From: Candidatus Oxydemutatoraceae bacterium | GTDB taxonomy: Bacteria > Pseudomonadota > Gammaproteobacteria > Poriferisulfidales > Oxydemutatoraceae | DNA length: 64,000 nt | Reading direction: 5' to 3' | NCBI GenBank assembly: GCA_965219575.1 | Contig: OZ244779.1 | Coordinates: 1,420,769-1,484,768, forward strand | Shown: positions 9,689 through 18,383 of the stretch, one piece after another | How the letters are laid out: the number at the start of each line of letters is the position of its first letter | Numbering within the stretch: the stretch's first letter is position 1 | Notes under the pieces: generated by a model | Seen by the model: the letters and a program-made list of their open reading frames with translations, nothing else | Database searches by the model: none | Told to the model about the DNA's origin: nothing | Program-made: the position numbers and the translations under genes

Positions 9689-9911
9689 CCTGTCCGCCCG
9701 TAACGCGTTAGTCGGCACGATTTATACATTCATCCAGCCAATTTATGGAAACCAAAATCAAATGGCGCAAGCGGTTACAGTCGTGCAGAACGGTACTTAA
9801 GGGCAGACATGTCAGTCTGCCCCTACAGGTGGGTTGGATAATTATTCGGCGCATAGCGGTTGGGTTCGTGCAGAACGGTACTTTTTCAACAGCCCTTAAG
9901 GGTCTGCACAA

Positions 9912-10790
9912 ATGCAACAAACGGCGATACTATATGTTGATATGGCAGATAGGTGGTGCTATATTATCAAACACTCGGCGGAATTGACAGCCGAGCAAGT
10001 AAAGCATTTATCACAACATGGAGAGACGAAGATGGCATTAGAACATTTAGAGGAAGTATCCAAAGAAGAAAGGGAATATTGGAACGCTATGTCTCGAGAG
10101 AGACATGAGTGGGAATATCAATGGGAAAAACAAGGAATGATAGCAGAAGGAATGGAAATAGGGCGAGTTCAAGGCATACAAGAAGGTCGTGTTCAAGGTA
10201 TAGACGAAGGCCGCGCTCAAGGCATTGACGAAGGCCGCGCTGAGGGCATTGAGGAAAGTCTTGCTCGGAGTATTGAACAAGGTCAAGTAGAAGCACAGCA
10301 AGAAATCGCTTTGAATATGTTGCAAAAAAACTATGAGATTTCTGCGATTTCCGAGGTGATCGGTTTATCCACTACCGAGATTGAACAGTTAAAAAATAAA
10401 CATGGAGAGACGATGATGCCATTAAAATATCCAGTGGAAGTATCGGAGGAAGCTAGAGAGTATATGGCATCTCGAGCCCGATATGAATACAATTTAGACT
10501 ATGGATGGGAAAGGAAAAAGAAAAAGTGGTTAGATGAAGGTATAGAAAAAGGGTTAGCTCAAGGCATAGAAGAAGGACGCGTTGAAGGCATGGAAAGAGG
10601 GCGAGAGCAAGGTATGCACGAAGGTCGGGCTCAAGGTGTATATGAAGGTCTCATTCAAGGTACGAAAAAAGGTATGGGAGAGAGGCAGCGAAAAATCGCT
10701 TTGAACATGTTGCAGGAAGGTTATGAAGTTTCTGCGATTTCCGAAGTGACAGTTTTATCTGTTGCCGAGATTAACCAGCTGAAGAAATAG
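9912..10790 (+). CDS. Rpn C-terminal-domain-only ORF with two tandem C-terminal modules (RpnS-like or truncated paralog); probable starts at 10032 and 10413/10416
   Basis: Near-identical to 7903-8235 (DMADRWCYI.KHSA.LTAEQV..LSQHGETKMALEHLEEVSKE) but lacks the nuclease core. Two IALNMLQ..ISEV modules and 4-aa EG repeats. Confidence 0.7.
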   Translation: MQQTAILYVDMADRWCYIIKHSAELTAEQVKHLSQHGETKMALEHLEEVSKEEREYWNAMSRERHEWEYQWEKQGMIAEGMEIGRVQGIQEGRVQGIDEGRAQGIDEGRAEGIEESLARSIEQGQVEAQQEIALNMLQKNYEISAISEVIGLSTTEIEQLKNKHGETMMPLKYPVEVSEEAREYMASRARYEYNLDYGWERKKKKWLDEGIEKGLAQGIEEGRVEGMERGREQGMHEGRAQGVYEGLIQGTKKGMGERQRKIALNMLQEGYEVSAISEVTVLSVAEINQLKK

Positions 10791-10818
10791 AACTGAACCA
10801 CAAGTACGATACTGGTAC

Positions 10819-10952
10819 ATTCCCCTTCTGTGGAGGGGTGGCCTATGCATTTTGCAATGTATGCGTTTAGCAATCATGTTCAGGTTCTGCATAATGTCAC
10901 GCCGATTGACCTACTGGTTCAATCGCCGGTTCTATTCAGCCTGACGGGGTGG
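10819..10952 (+). repeat. Family-B repeat split by a family-C element (10843-10936)
   Basis: attccccttctgtggaggggtggc | ~94-bp insert ending ggttctatt | cagcctgacggggtgg. Confidence 0.7.
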
Positions 10953-11042
10953 GCGCAACTGCCTTGCCTCATAATATCTATAAACCATCGCATCGTATGC
11001 TAAAACAATTACATTAATTCATATTTGTTATAATCCCAATCT

Positions 11043-12125
11043 ATGGGTCTTCAATCTATCATATCGGCAGTGAGAGATAAGATACTTTCACGAAAAGACA
11101 AAGAAACACTAGGACAACATTCGCAGCATCCTAGAGAACACATAGAAGAAGTCATCAAAAATGAAATCAGTCTTTCCATACCTGGGTTTGTAAAATATAC
11201 CCGTACTTCTACTACTGTCGCAAAAGGTGTTAAGGAAAGTAGCCCGGTATATGGCAAAACGATAAAAGAGGAGAGGGATGATGCTCAACATAATCACAGG
11301 CAGAACGATGCAGGCTATTACAACAATCAAGGGATTGCTAAAGCTAATACAGGGGATTATGAAGGAGCGATTGCAGATTATGACAAGGCGATTGCATTAG
11401 AACCAGATAATGCCGATGCTTATATTTTGCGAGAGTTTGCTAGGTATCACTTACAGGATTATAAGAGGGCAATTGAAGATTATGATAAAGCGATTGAGTT
11501 AGTTCCTGATAATGCTCGAACTTACAATATTCGAGGGCTTGTTAAGAGTATATTAAAAGATTATAAGGAGGCGATTCAGGATTTTGATAAGGCGATTGGG
11601 TTAGAACCAGATAATGCTGGGGTTTACGCTTCCCGAGGGTCTGCTAAAAATAGTTTAGGAGACCATAAAGGAGCGATTGCAGACTATGACAAAGCGATTG
11701 CATTGGAACCAGATAATGCTGGGGTTTATGTTTCCCGAGCATCTGCTAAAGCTAGCACAGGAGACCATAAAAGAGTGATTGCGGATTACGACAAAGCGAT
11801 TGTATTAGAACCAGATAATACCAATGCTTATGTTTTCCAGGGAATTGCTAAGTATAAATTAAAAGATTATAAAGGAGCGATTGCGGACTATGACAAGGCG
11901 ATTGTATTAGAACCAGATAATGCCGATGCCTATATTTACCGAGGGATCGCCGAGTATAACCTAAAGGATTTTAAGAGGGCAATTGAAGATCACGATAAGG
12001 CGATTGAGTTAGAGCCGGACGCGATTCATGCTTATGCTTCCCGAGGAATTATTGAGATCGTGACAAAACGCTATAGGGAAGGAATGCAGGACTTTAAGAC
12101 GGCAATCAAACTGAAATACTTTTGA
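11043..12125 (+). CDS. Tetratricopeptide repeat protein
   Basis: About 8 tandem 34-aa repeats of GDY.GAIADYDKAI.LEPDNA.AY. Confidence 0.93.
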   Translation: MGLQSIISAVRDKILSRKDKETLGQHSQHPREHIEEVIKNEISLSIPGFVKYTRTSTTVAKGVKESSPVYGKTIKEERDDAQHNHRQNDAGYYNNQGIAKANTGDYEGAIADYDKAIALEPDNADAYILREFARYHLQDYKRAIEDYDKAIELVPDNARTYNIRGLVKSILKDYKEAIQDFDKAIGLEPDNAGVYASRGSAKNSLGDHKGAIADYDKAIALEPDNAGVYVSRASAKASTGDHKRVIADYDKAIVLEPDNTNAYVFQGIAKYKLKDYKGAIADYDKAIVLEPDNADAYIYRGIAEYNLKDFKRAIEDHDKAIELEPDAIHAYASRGIIEIVTKRYREGMQDFKTAIKLKYF

Positions 12126-12252
12126 TTCGTGCCAACGGGTACGAACTAATCATAGGTCTTTGTTCTTGTTCTTGAACGGCTTTTATAATCTTGGTAGGCA
12201 TTAATGTCATTTCCTAAGTTGTCGTTTAGTTTCTAATTTTCTATAATTAATT

Positions 12253-12996
12253 TTAATTGCGCTCCAGTATTATAGGTATCTCGTCCCAGATGTTTCCGCT
12301 AAGGGTTCTGCCATTAACCTTTTTGTTACGGCTCTGCCCATCTTCACCCCAACGTCCCCACTGTTTGAAGAAAAATGGAACCTTGCGTTTTTTGCATTGC
12401 TTTTGGATTGAGGTCACCCAAGCCTTGTTCATCAATCTAGCCTTATGCCCGGACTCACCACCGACAATGACCCAGTGAATACCATCTAAATCTAATACGC
12501 CTAAATCTTCTAATAAAGGTTCTATAGACAAAAATCTTATTTTTGCTGCAATCTCTCGCAGTATGGGTATTCTTGGAAGACCATGTTTCCTGTTTTCTAC
12601 TGAAACGCCAAGCCATATATTGTCGGGAATGACACGCCGAGAAAAGTATTTTGCCATAATCTTAGGTCGTTTGGTTAGAACCTGATAGGTGTGTTGCGGT
12701 GTGTTGTGTATTGTCTCCATAACACGGTCGATAAAATCAAACGGAACATGAGGATGGAATAAATCGCTCATTGAGTTCATAAAATATATCGTGGGTATTT
12801 TACGCAGTATCGGTTGCCTTAAGCGTTCCGCATGGCATGACACATCAAAGCCGTTTTTATAACCGGCAACCCCCATTGCTCGCAACCGTCTCGCCATCAC
12901 TTCGGCATAGCAGTACTTGCATCCTGCCGATATTTTCGTGCAACCGGTAACAGGGTTCCAAGTGCGCTCCGTCCATTCAATCTTTGAGTTTTTCAT
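12253..12996 (-). CDS. DUF5131 / phage Gp37-Gp68 family three-Cys protein
   Basis: SKIEWT..TWNPVTGCTKISAGCKYCYAE, NSMSDLFH, LTKRP, SIEPLL, WVIVGGESG and FFFKQWG motifs. ATGA overlap with tcmP supports the start at 12996. Confidence 0.92.
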   Translation of the reverse strand: MKNSKIEWTERTWNPVTGCTKISAGCKYCYAEVMARRLRAMGVAGYKNGFDVSCHAERLRQPILRKIPTIYFMNSMSDLFHPHVPFDFIDRVMETIHNTPQHTYQVLTKRPKIMAKYFSRRVIPDNIWLGVSVENRKHGLPRIPILREIAAKIRFLSIEPLLEDLGVLDLDGIHWVIVGGESGHKARLMNKAWVTSIQKQCKKRKVPFFFKQWGRWGEDGQSRNKKVNGRTLSGNIWDEIPIILERN

Positions 12997-14039
12997 GGAT
13001 TTAGGCATATTTCAATTTTATTAAAATTCTCTTTTTTATCATTTAAGTAGAATGAGCCTTTTCTTCTTTTCGGATGAGGAGGGATAAGAGAAATATGTAA
13101 TCTTTCATCTTTTTCCATTTGGTTTAGCAGAGGATTAACCTCTGTCGGCAAGTGTCCTTTCCTAAGCATTTCATCCAACAATTTTGTATTGCTTATGGGT
13201 TCTTGAAGCAGGTCAAGAAGATCTCTTTTAATTTCATCCTTGCTGAAATCGAAAAAAGTTAGTTGTTTTAGCAGTTTAGCTTTTAACGTATTTTTTGCTT
13301 CCAAAAACTTCTTTGCACCAAGCTGATTTTTGGTAATAAAAAACAAATGGTGCGTGCTTGATCCATTTTTATTTTCTAGTTTATAGCCGTATCCATAGTC
13401 GGATTGTGCCTTTTGTTTCAGTCCTGCTAACAATTCAGCAGAAAAGATGTCATAGTCGGGTTTGCTTAATGTGCTTGGGTTAACGTCTAAGTCTAAAGCA
13501 AACCGGTGAGCAGGATTATCTTCCTTACCATGAAATCTATAGATATGACTGGTTGGCATAAAGATTAAATAATCAATACGGCTTAAGTCTAGTAAACGAG
13601 CTAAGTTTTCTCTTGTATATTGGGTATAGCCGTATGGGTCTATAAAAATCAGGCTATGTATCTCTCCATGCTTTGGTAAAAACTTGATTATTTCATCTAG
13701 AAAATTGTTAGCATCCATATTAAAAATTTTCACAAAATCCGAGTAGAGCTCCATTGACTTTTTGAGTCTCTGATATTTTTCAGGTTTTATTTCGTTAAGA
13801 AATAAAGAAATGTCTTTTTCTAATCTATTTTTTTTTATTGTCTCTGCCTCTCTAAATTTCTTTATGATCTCTGCTGCCACTATTGCACTTCCTTTTTCTC
13901 CGCCAGAGTATATTCCTTCGCCTGCGAACGGTTCCCACACAGCAATGTCCCAATGTGATACATTACACATAACCGAGAGATAATTAGTTAGGTATTCTTT
14001 ATATACAGATAGCTTTTCTTTTGTGTGTTCTGGTTGCAT
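12993..14039 (-). CDS. tcmP: Three-Cys-motif partner protein (TcmP; methyltransferase-like)
   Basis: HTKEKL...YL, EPFAGEG.Y, GSA and FIDPYG motifs. Canonical partner upstream of DUF5131. Confidence 0.82.
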   Translation of the reverse strand: MQPEHTKEKLSVYKEYLTNYLSVMCNVSHWDIAVWEPFAGEGIYSGGEKGSAIVAAEIIKKFREAETIKKNRLEKDISLFLNEIKPEKYQRLKKSMELYSDFVKIFNMDANNFLDEIIKFLPKHGEIHSLIFIDPYGYTQYTRENLARLLDLSRIDYLIFMPTSHIYRFHGKEDNPAHRFALDLDVNPSTLSKPDYDIFSAELLAGLKQKAQSDYGYGYKLENKNGSSTHHLFFITKNQLGAKKFLEAKNTLKAKLLKQLTFFDFSKDEIKRDLLDLLQEPISNTKLLDEMLRKGHLPTEVNPLLNQMEKDERLHISLIPPHPKRRKGSFYLNDKKENFNKIEICLNP

Positions 14040-14296
14040 TTGGGTAGTTTTACGCTGTTTTAGAATGATCTTAAAAGCTAATTGTCACATAAAAAATGCG
14101 ATAACACCATAAAAATTTGTTATATCACCCGTCGCGAGATAGTATCGGCAAACTAGCAGATTGCTTGACATTCGGGCTTAAGGCACATACGATAATGCGA
14201 CAATAATTATCAATCCTGCGTTTAATTAGTTGCTTCTTCCGAAAAACAGTTTCAATTTACTAAAATCTCAGTAGCTTTATCCAGCGGGACAGGTTA

Positions 14297-16477
14297 ATGA
14301 ACATACAGATACACGAACAACTTAAAGCTAAAATCTGGGAAATCGCCAATCGGCTCAGAGGGCCATACAGACCACCTCAATACCGTTTGGTTATGCTTCC
14401 TATGGTTGTCTTGCGTCGGCTTGATTGTGTTTTGGAGCCGACTAAGGATGCCGTTTTGAAAAAACATAAAAAATTGGAAGCGAAAGGGACTCCACAAGAA
14501 GCAATGAAACTGGAGCTTGGCAAGGCTGCTGCTGACTCCCAGCGAGATTATCCGTTCTATAACACCAGCCCCTACACCTTTGTTAAACTACTCGGCGATC
14601 CCGACAACATTGCGCCGAACCTCGTATCCTACATCAACGGTTTTTCCTCGACCGCACGAGATATTTTCGAGCGTTTCAAATTCACCGATCAAATCGAAAA
14701 ATTAGATGCCAGCAACCGCCTATTCACAATCGTCAAAGCAATGGCTGATGTTGATCTTCACCCGGACAGGATTGATAACTTACAAATGGGTTACTTGTTT
14801 GAGCATCTAGTGATGCGCTTCAACGAACAGGCTAACGAAGAGGCAGGAGACCACTTCACGCCACGCGAGGTCATTCGCCTGATGGCGAACCTTATCTATG
14901 CCGGAGAGCAGGATGTTTATAAGCCCGGCATTTACCGCAGGATCTACGATCCGGCATGTGGAACAGGGGGCATGCTATCCGAGTCTGCAAAACTGATCCG
15001 ATCTCAGAACGAACAGGCACACCTTGAACTTTTCGGTCAGGAATACAACGCCGAGTCATGGGCAATCTGTTGCTCGGATATGCTTATCAAAGATGAGAAC
15101 ATTGAGAATATTGTCTTTGGTGACACCTTAGGCGATGGCAAGACAGCAGATGGGTTTAAGGGAAGACAGTTTCATTATCTAATGGCAAATCCACCCTTCG
15201 GGGTTGAATGGAAAGACCAGGAACATGCAGTGAAAAACGAGCACAAAACTATGGGCATCTCCGGTCGTTTCGGTGCCGGGTTGCCGAACATCAACGACGG
15301 CTCGCTTCTTTTTCTTCAACACATGATTTCTAAGATGTATCCTTATATTGAAGGGGACGAGAATCGACTGGGTTCCAAAATTGGTATCGTTTTCAATGGT
15401 TCACCACTGTTTTCCGGCGATGCCGGATCCGGACCTTCCAACATTCGTCGCTGGATTATAGAGAACGACTGGTTGGATGCTATCGTTGCTCTGCCCGACC
15501 AGCTTTTCTACAACACCGGTATATTTACCTATATTTGGCTTGTGACGAATCGTAAGCCATCCGAGCGACGCGGCAAGGTGCAACTTATAGACGGCACGCG
15601 CTTCTTCGGGAAAATGAAAAAAAGCCTCAACAACAAGCGCAACGAAATCACCGAGGAACAAATCGATCAACTAACTCGCGTCTATGGCAACTATCAGGAC
15701 GGTGAGACTGCCGAAGTGCAGGTGAACGGAGAAAAGGAAACCCGGGTTATCTGCCGTATTTTTGAAAACCATGAGTTTGGCTTTCTGAAGGTGACCGTTA
15801 ATCGTCCTCTGCGCATGAACTTTGAAGCGACAGCGGAGCGTATTGCTAAGCTCAATACGCAAAAAGCCTTTGAAAATCTGGCAATCTCAAAGAAGCGTAA
15901 GGATGCGGCAGCAGCCAAACGCGAAATCAAAGAAGGACGCAAACAGCAAGAAGCTATACGCGCGATCCTCAAGACACTTGAAGGCAATGGATGTTATAAG
16001 GATCGCACACTGTTTGAAGCCGATATGATGGAGGCTGCAAGCCAAGCAGACATTAAAATTTCTGCCTCGATTAAGAAAGTGATTTTTGTAGCCCTCGGTG
16101 AGTGCGACCCGAATGCCGAGATTTGCCTAGATAAAAAAGGGAAACCGGAACCGGATAGCGAACTTCGAGACACCGAGAATATCCCTTTGCCACCCGACAC
16201 AGAGCTACCTCTTCCGATGGATTTCGGGCCGGACAAGCCCAACGACCAATTAGTTGAGACTTTCCGAGACGACATTGATGCTTGGATCGCACGCGAAGTA
16301 TTGCCTCATGTGCCCGATGCCTGGGTGGACTACGAAAAAACTAAGGTCGGCTACGAAATCCCGATTAACCGACATTTCTATGTGTACAAGCCACCACGCC
16401 CACTGGAGGAGATAGAAGCGGACATTACACGGCTTGAAGAAGAGATTGCCGGGCTACTGAAGGGACTAGTGACATGA
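14297..16477 (+). CDS. hsdM: Type I restriction-modification methyltransferase subunit M
   Basis: IWEIANRLRG, GDHFTPREV, motif I DPACGTGG, motif IV NPPF and LFYNTGI. Confidence 0.96.
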   Translation: MNIQIHEQLKAKIWEIANRLRGPYRPPQYRLVMLPMVVLRRLDCVLEPTKDAVLKKHKKLEAKGTPQEAMKLELGKAAADSQRDYPFYNTSPYTFVKLLGDPDNIAPNLVSYINGFSSTARDIFERFKFTDQIEKLDASNRLFTIVKAMADVDLHPDRIDNLQMGYLFEHLVMRFNEQANEEAGDHFTPREVIRLMANLIYAGEQDVYKPGIYRRIYDPACGTGGMLSESAKLIRSQNEQAHLELFGQEYNAESWAICCSDMLIKDENIENIVFGDTLGDGKTADGFKGRQFHYLMANPPFGVEWKDQEHAVKNEHKTMGISGRFGAGLPNINDGSLLFLQHMISKMYPYIEGDENRLGSKIGIVFNGSPLFSGDAGSGPSNIRRWIIENDWLDAIVALPDQLFYNTGIFTYIWLVTNRKPSERRGKVQLIDGTRFFGKMKKSLNNKRNEITEEQIDQLTRVYGNYQDGETAEVQVNGEKETRVICRIFENHEFGFLKVTVNRPLRMNFEATAERIAKLNTQKAFENLAISKKRKDAAAAKREIKEGRKQQEAIRAILKTLEGNGCYKDRTLFEADMMEAASQADIKISASIKKVIFVALGECDPNAEICLDKKGKPEPDSELRDTENIPLPPDTELPLPMDFGPDKPNDQLVETFRDDIDAWIAREVLPHVPDAWVDYEKTKVGYEIPINRHFYVYKPPRPLEEIEADITRLEEEIAGLLKGLVT

Positions 16478-17787
16478 CTGTATCAATACCTCAAACGAAT
16501 GTGTTTACACAATTAACCTCTTTGCCCGAAAACTGGCAACGAAAGCGATTACGGTATCTGTCCACTAAGCCGATTAAAAATGGACTGGGAGAAGCTGCGG
16601 ATCATTATAACCCCAATCATCCACGCTATATTAGGATTACCGATATAGCTGGGCCAAGACATCTACATTCAGAAACGTTCTGTAGTTTGCCACCAGAAAT
16701 AGCTTCTGAAGCATTATTGGATAAAGATGACATTCTCATTTCAGCAGTAGGTGCAACTTACGGAAAGTCATTTTATGCAAAAGAACTGAACGAAGACGCA
16801 TGCTTTGCCGGATATCTAGTACGATTGTCGGCGATACCGGAGGTTAATCCTTCTTTCTTGGCTTACTGGACCGAAAGTCGTGACTATTGGGCACAAGTTG
16901 ATGCCAACGTTATACAAGCAACTATACAAAACTTTAGTGCTTCTAAAGTCCGCCATTTAAGTGCGCCATTTCCTCCACTTGATACCCAGCAGCAGATTGC
17001 ACGGTTTTTGGATGACAAAACTGCGCGTATTGATGGGTTGATTGAAAAGAAGCGCGAGCTTCTGGAATGTTTAGCCGAGAAACGCCAAGCCCTTATTACC
17101 CGTGCGGTTACCAGAGGCATTGACCCCGATACCCCGATGAAGCCTTCCAACATCAGTCTAGCGAGTGATAGCTCTGCAAATCAGACTGATTGGGCGGCAC
17201 AAGTCCCGGAAGGGTGGGATAGCAATTGGCTAAAGTGGTCGGTCAATCTGTCCATGAAGCACTCAAAAGTAGAAGAGCAGGAGACACTTCCATATATCTC
17301 CAACGAGAATATTGCGTCGTGGACAGGAAAACTTCTGGTTGAGGAGCTGAAGCCGACTGAAACGAACAGTCGCATGTTTCGGAAAAATGATGTTCTGTTC
17401 AATAAACTTCGCCCTTACCTTGCTAAGGTTTATCACGCGACTTTTGATGGTGCGAGTTCAAGTGAATTGCTTTGTTTACGCCCATCAAATGTCGTTGAAT
17501 CTCGTTTCCTTTTTTATGTGCTTTCATCCAAGAAATTCATTGACACAATCAATGCGGAAACTTTTGGTGCCAAAATGCCTCGTGCAAACTGGGAAATCGT
17601 AAGTCATCAGTCGTTTCCGCTTCCTCCGCTCAACATCCAAAAGCAGATTGCCCGATTTTTGGATGAGAAAACTACTCAAATTGACCAGACCGTTGAAAAA
17701 GTTGAAGACAGCATTACACAGATGGAAGAGTACAGATCGGCACTTATCACTGCCGCCGTCACAGGGCAACTCCCGGAGCTAAAATGA
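16474..17787 (+). CDS. hsdS: Type I R-M specificity subunit S
   Basis: Two TRDs, each followed by PPL..Q.QIARFLD.KT..ID conserved helices, ending ALITAAVTGQ. Confidence 0.93.
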   Translation: MTVSIPQTNVFTQLTSLPENWQRKRLRYLSTKPIKNGLGEAADHYNPNHPRYIRITDIAGPRHLHSETFCSLPPEIASEALLDKDDILISAVGATYGKSFYAKELNEDACFAGYLVRLSAIPEVNPSFLAYWTESRDYWAQVDANVIQATIQNFSASKVRHLSAPFPPLDTQQQIARFLDDKTARIDGLIEKKRELLECLAEKRQALITRAVTRGIDPDTPMKPSNISLASDSSANQTDWAAQVPEGWDSNWLKWSVNLSMKHSKVEEQETLPYISNENIASWTGKLLVEELKPTETNSRMFRKNDVLFNKLRPYLAKVYHATFDGASSSELLCLRPSNVVESRFLFYVLSSKKFIDTINAETFGAKMPRANWEIVSHQSFPLPPLNIQKQIARFLDEKTTQIDQTVEKVEDSITQMEEYRSALITAAVTGQLPELK

Positions 17788-18380
17788 GCCTTGATGCAAA
17801 AACATATTTCAATCATCTCAAAGCCTATGTGAATGACGATTACATAGTACACAAGGGCATTGGTGGTGAGGTAGTTCTTAAAGAGAAGTACTTCCTAGAG
17901 AAAAGCAGGAAGGCCAAAACCCGAGAGCTTCGCCTTTTTCTGCCTGGACCAGGCCTCGTCTTCAAACTTGATTTTGATAAAAAAAAGATTAAACCACCGC
18001 TATTCCATTTTCTTGACGACACTGCGAAGCCTTGGTCGAAACGCTGCGATTTTGTGATATTTTATGTGAAACAAAGAATGTTTTGTGCTGACTGTATTGA
18101 GTTTAAGTCAGGGAGTATTGCTGGAAATACAGTAAAAGAACAGCTTCAAGCAGGTACTTGTTGGGTGCGGTCCCTTAAAAGGACAATTGAACACTATACT
18201 AAATACACTCGGAGAATCCATGTAAGAAAATTCCTATTTGGAGACAGGATTGACACAGGTGCGTATCTAAATTCTGACCGGCAACTCAATGCTGATCCGT
18301 CCATTCGCTATTATCATTTTGATGAAGTGCGAGGGCAGCACTTAGACCGCCTCCAGAACGCTTCACATGAGGAGATTTGA
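17784..18380 (+). CDS. Hypothetical protein with PD-(D/E)XK-like motif inside the hsd operon
   Basis: RCDFVIF...CIEFKSG.....KEQL motif. ATGA overlap with hsdS and a 3-nt gap to hsdR. Confidence 0.65.
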   Translation: MSLDAKTYFNHLKAYVNDDYIVHKGIGGEVVLKEKYFLEKSRKAKTRELRLFLPGPGLVFKLDFDKKKIKPPLFHFLDDTAKPWSKRCDFVIFYVKQRMFCADCIEFKSGSIAGNTVKEQLQAGTCWVRSLKRTIEHYTKYTRRIHVRKFLFGDRIDTGAYLNSDRQLNADPSIRYYHFDEVRGQHLDRLQNASHEEI

Positions 18381-18383
18381 CCC

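Larger units (their letters stand above)
8364..9692 (-). mobile_element. IS110-family element (IS110 group, long left end) with duplicated CA core
   Basis: Boundaries are defined by the interrupted REP palindrome. TG (CA on the element strand) lies at 8364-8365 and 9691-9692. LE is about 268 bp and RE 70 bp. Confidence 0.92.
8318..9896. mobile_element. MITE family A copy A3, interrupted by IS110
   Basis: Perfect TIRs agggctgttgaaaaagta / tactttttcaacagccct. Removing the IS and one TG core restores ggactagcatgtccgcccg. Confidence 0.85.

Noticed and set aside
8364-9692. Assignment to the IS1111 subgroup
   Set aside because: The long non-coding end is upstream of the recombinase and the subterminal IR is only 7 bp, which fits the IS110 group.
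12253-12996. Prophage, suggested by the Gp37/Gp68 family name
   Set aside because: No structural, terminase or integrase genes. The TcmP partner and R-M context fit a defence island instead.
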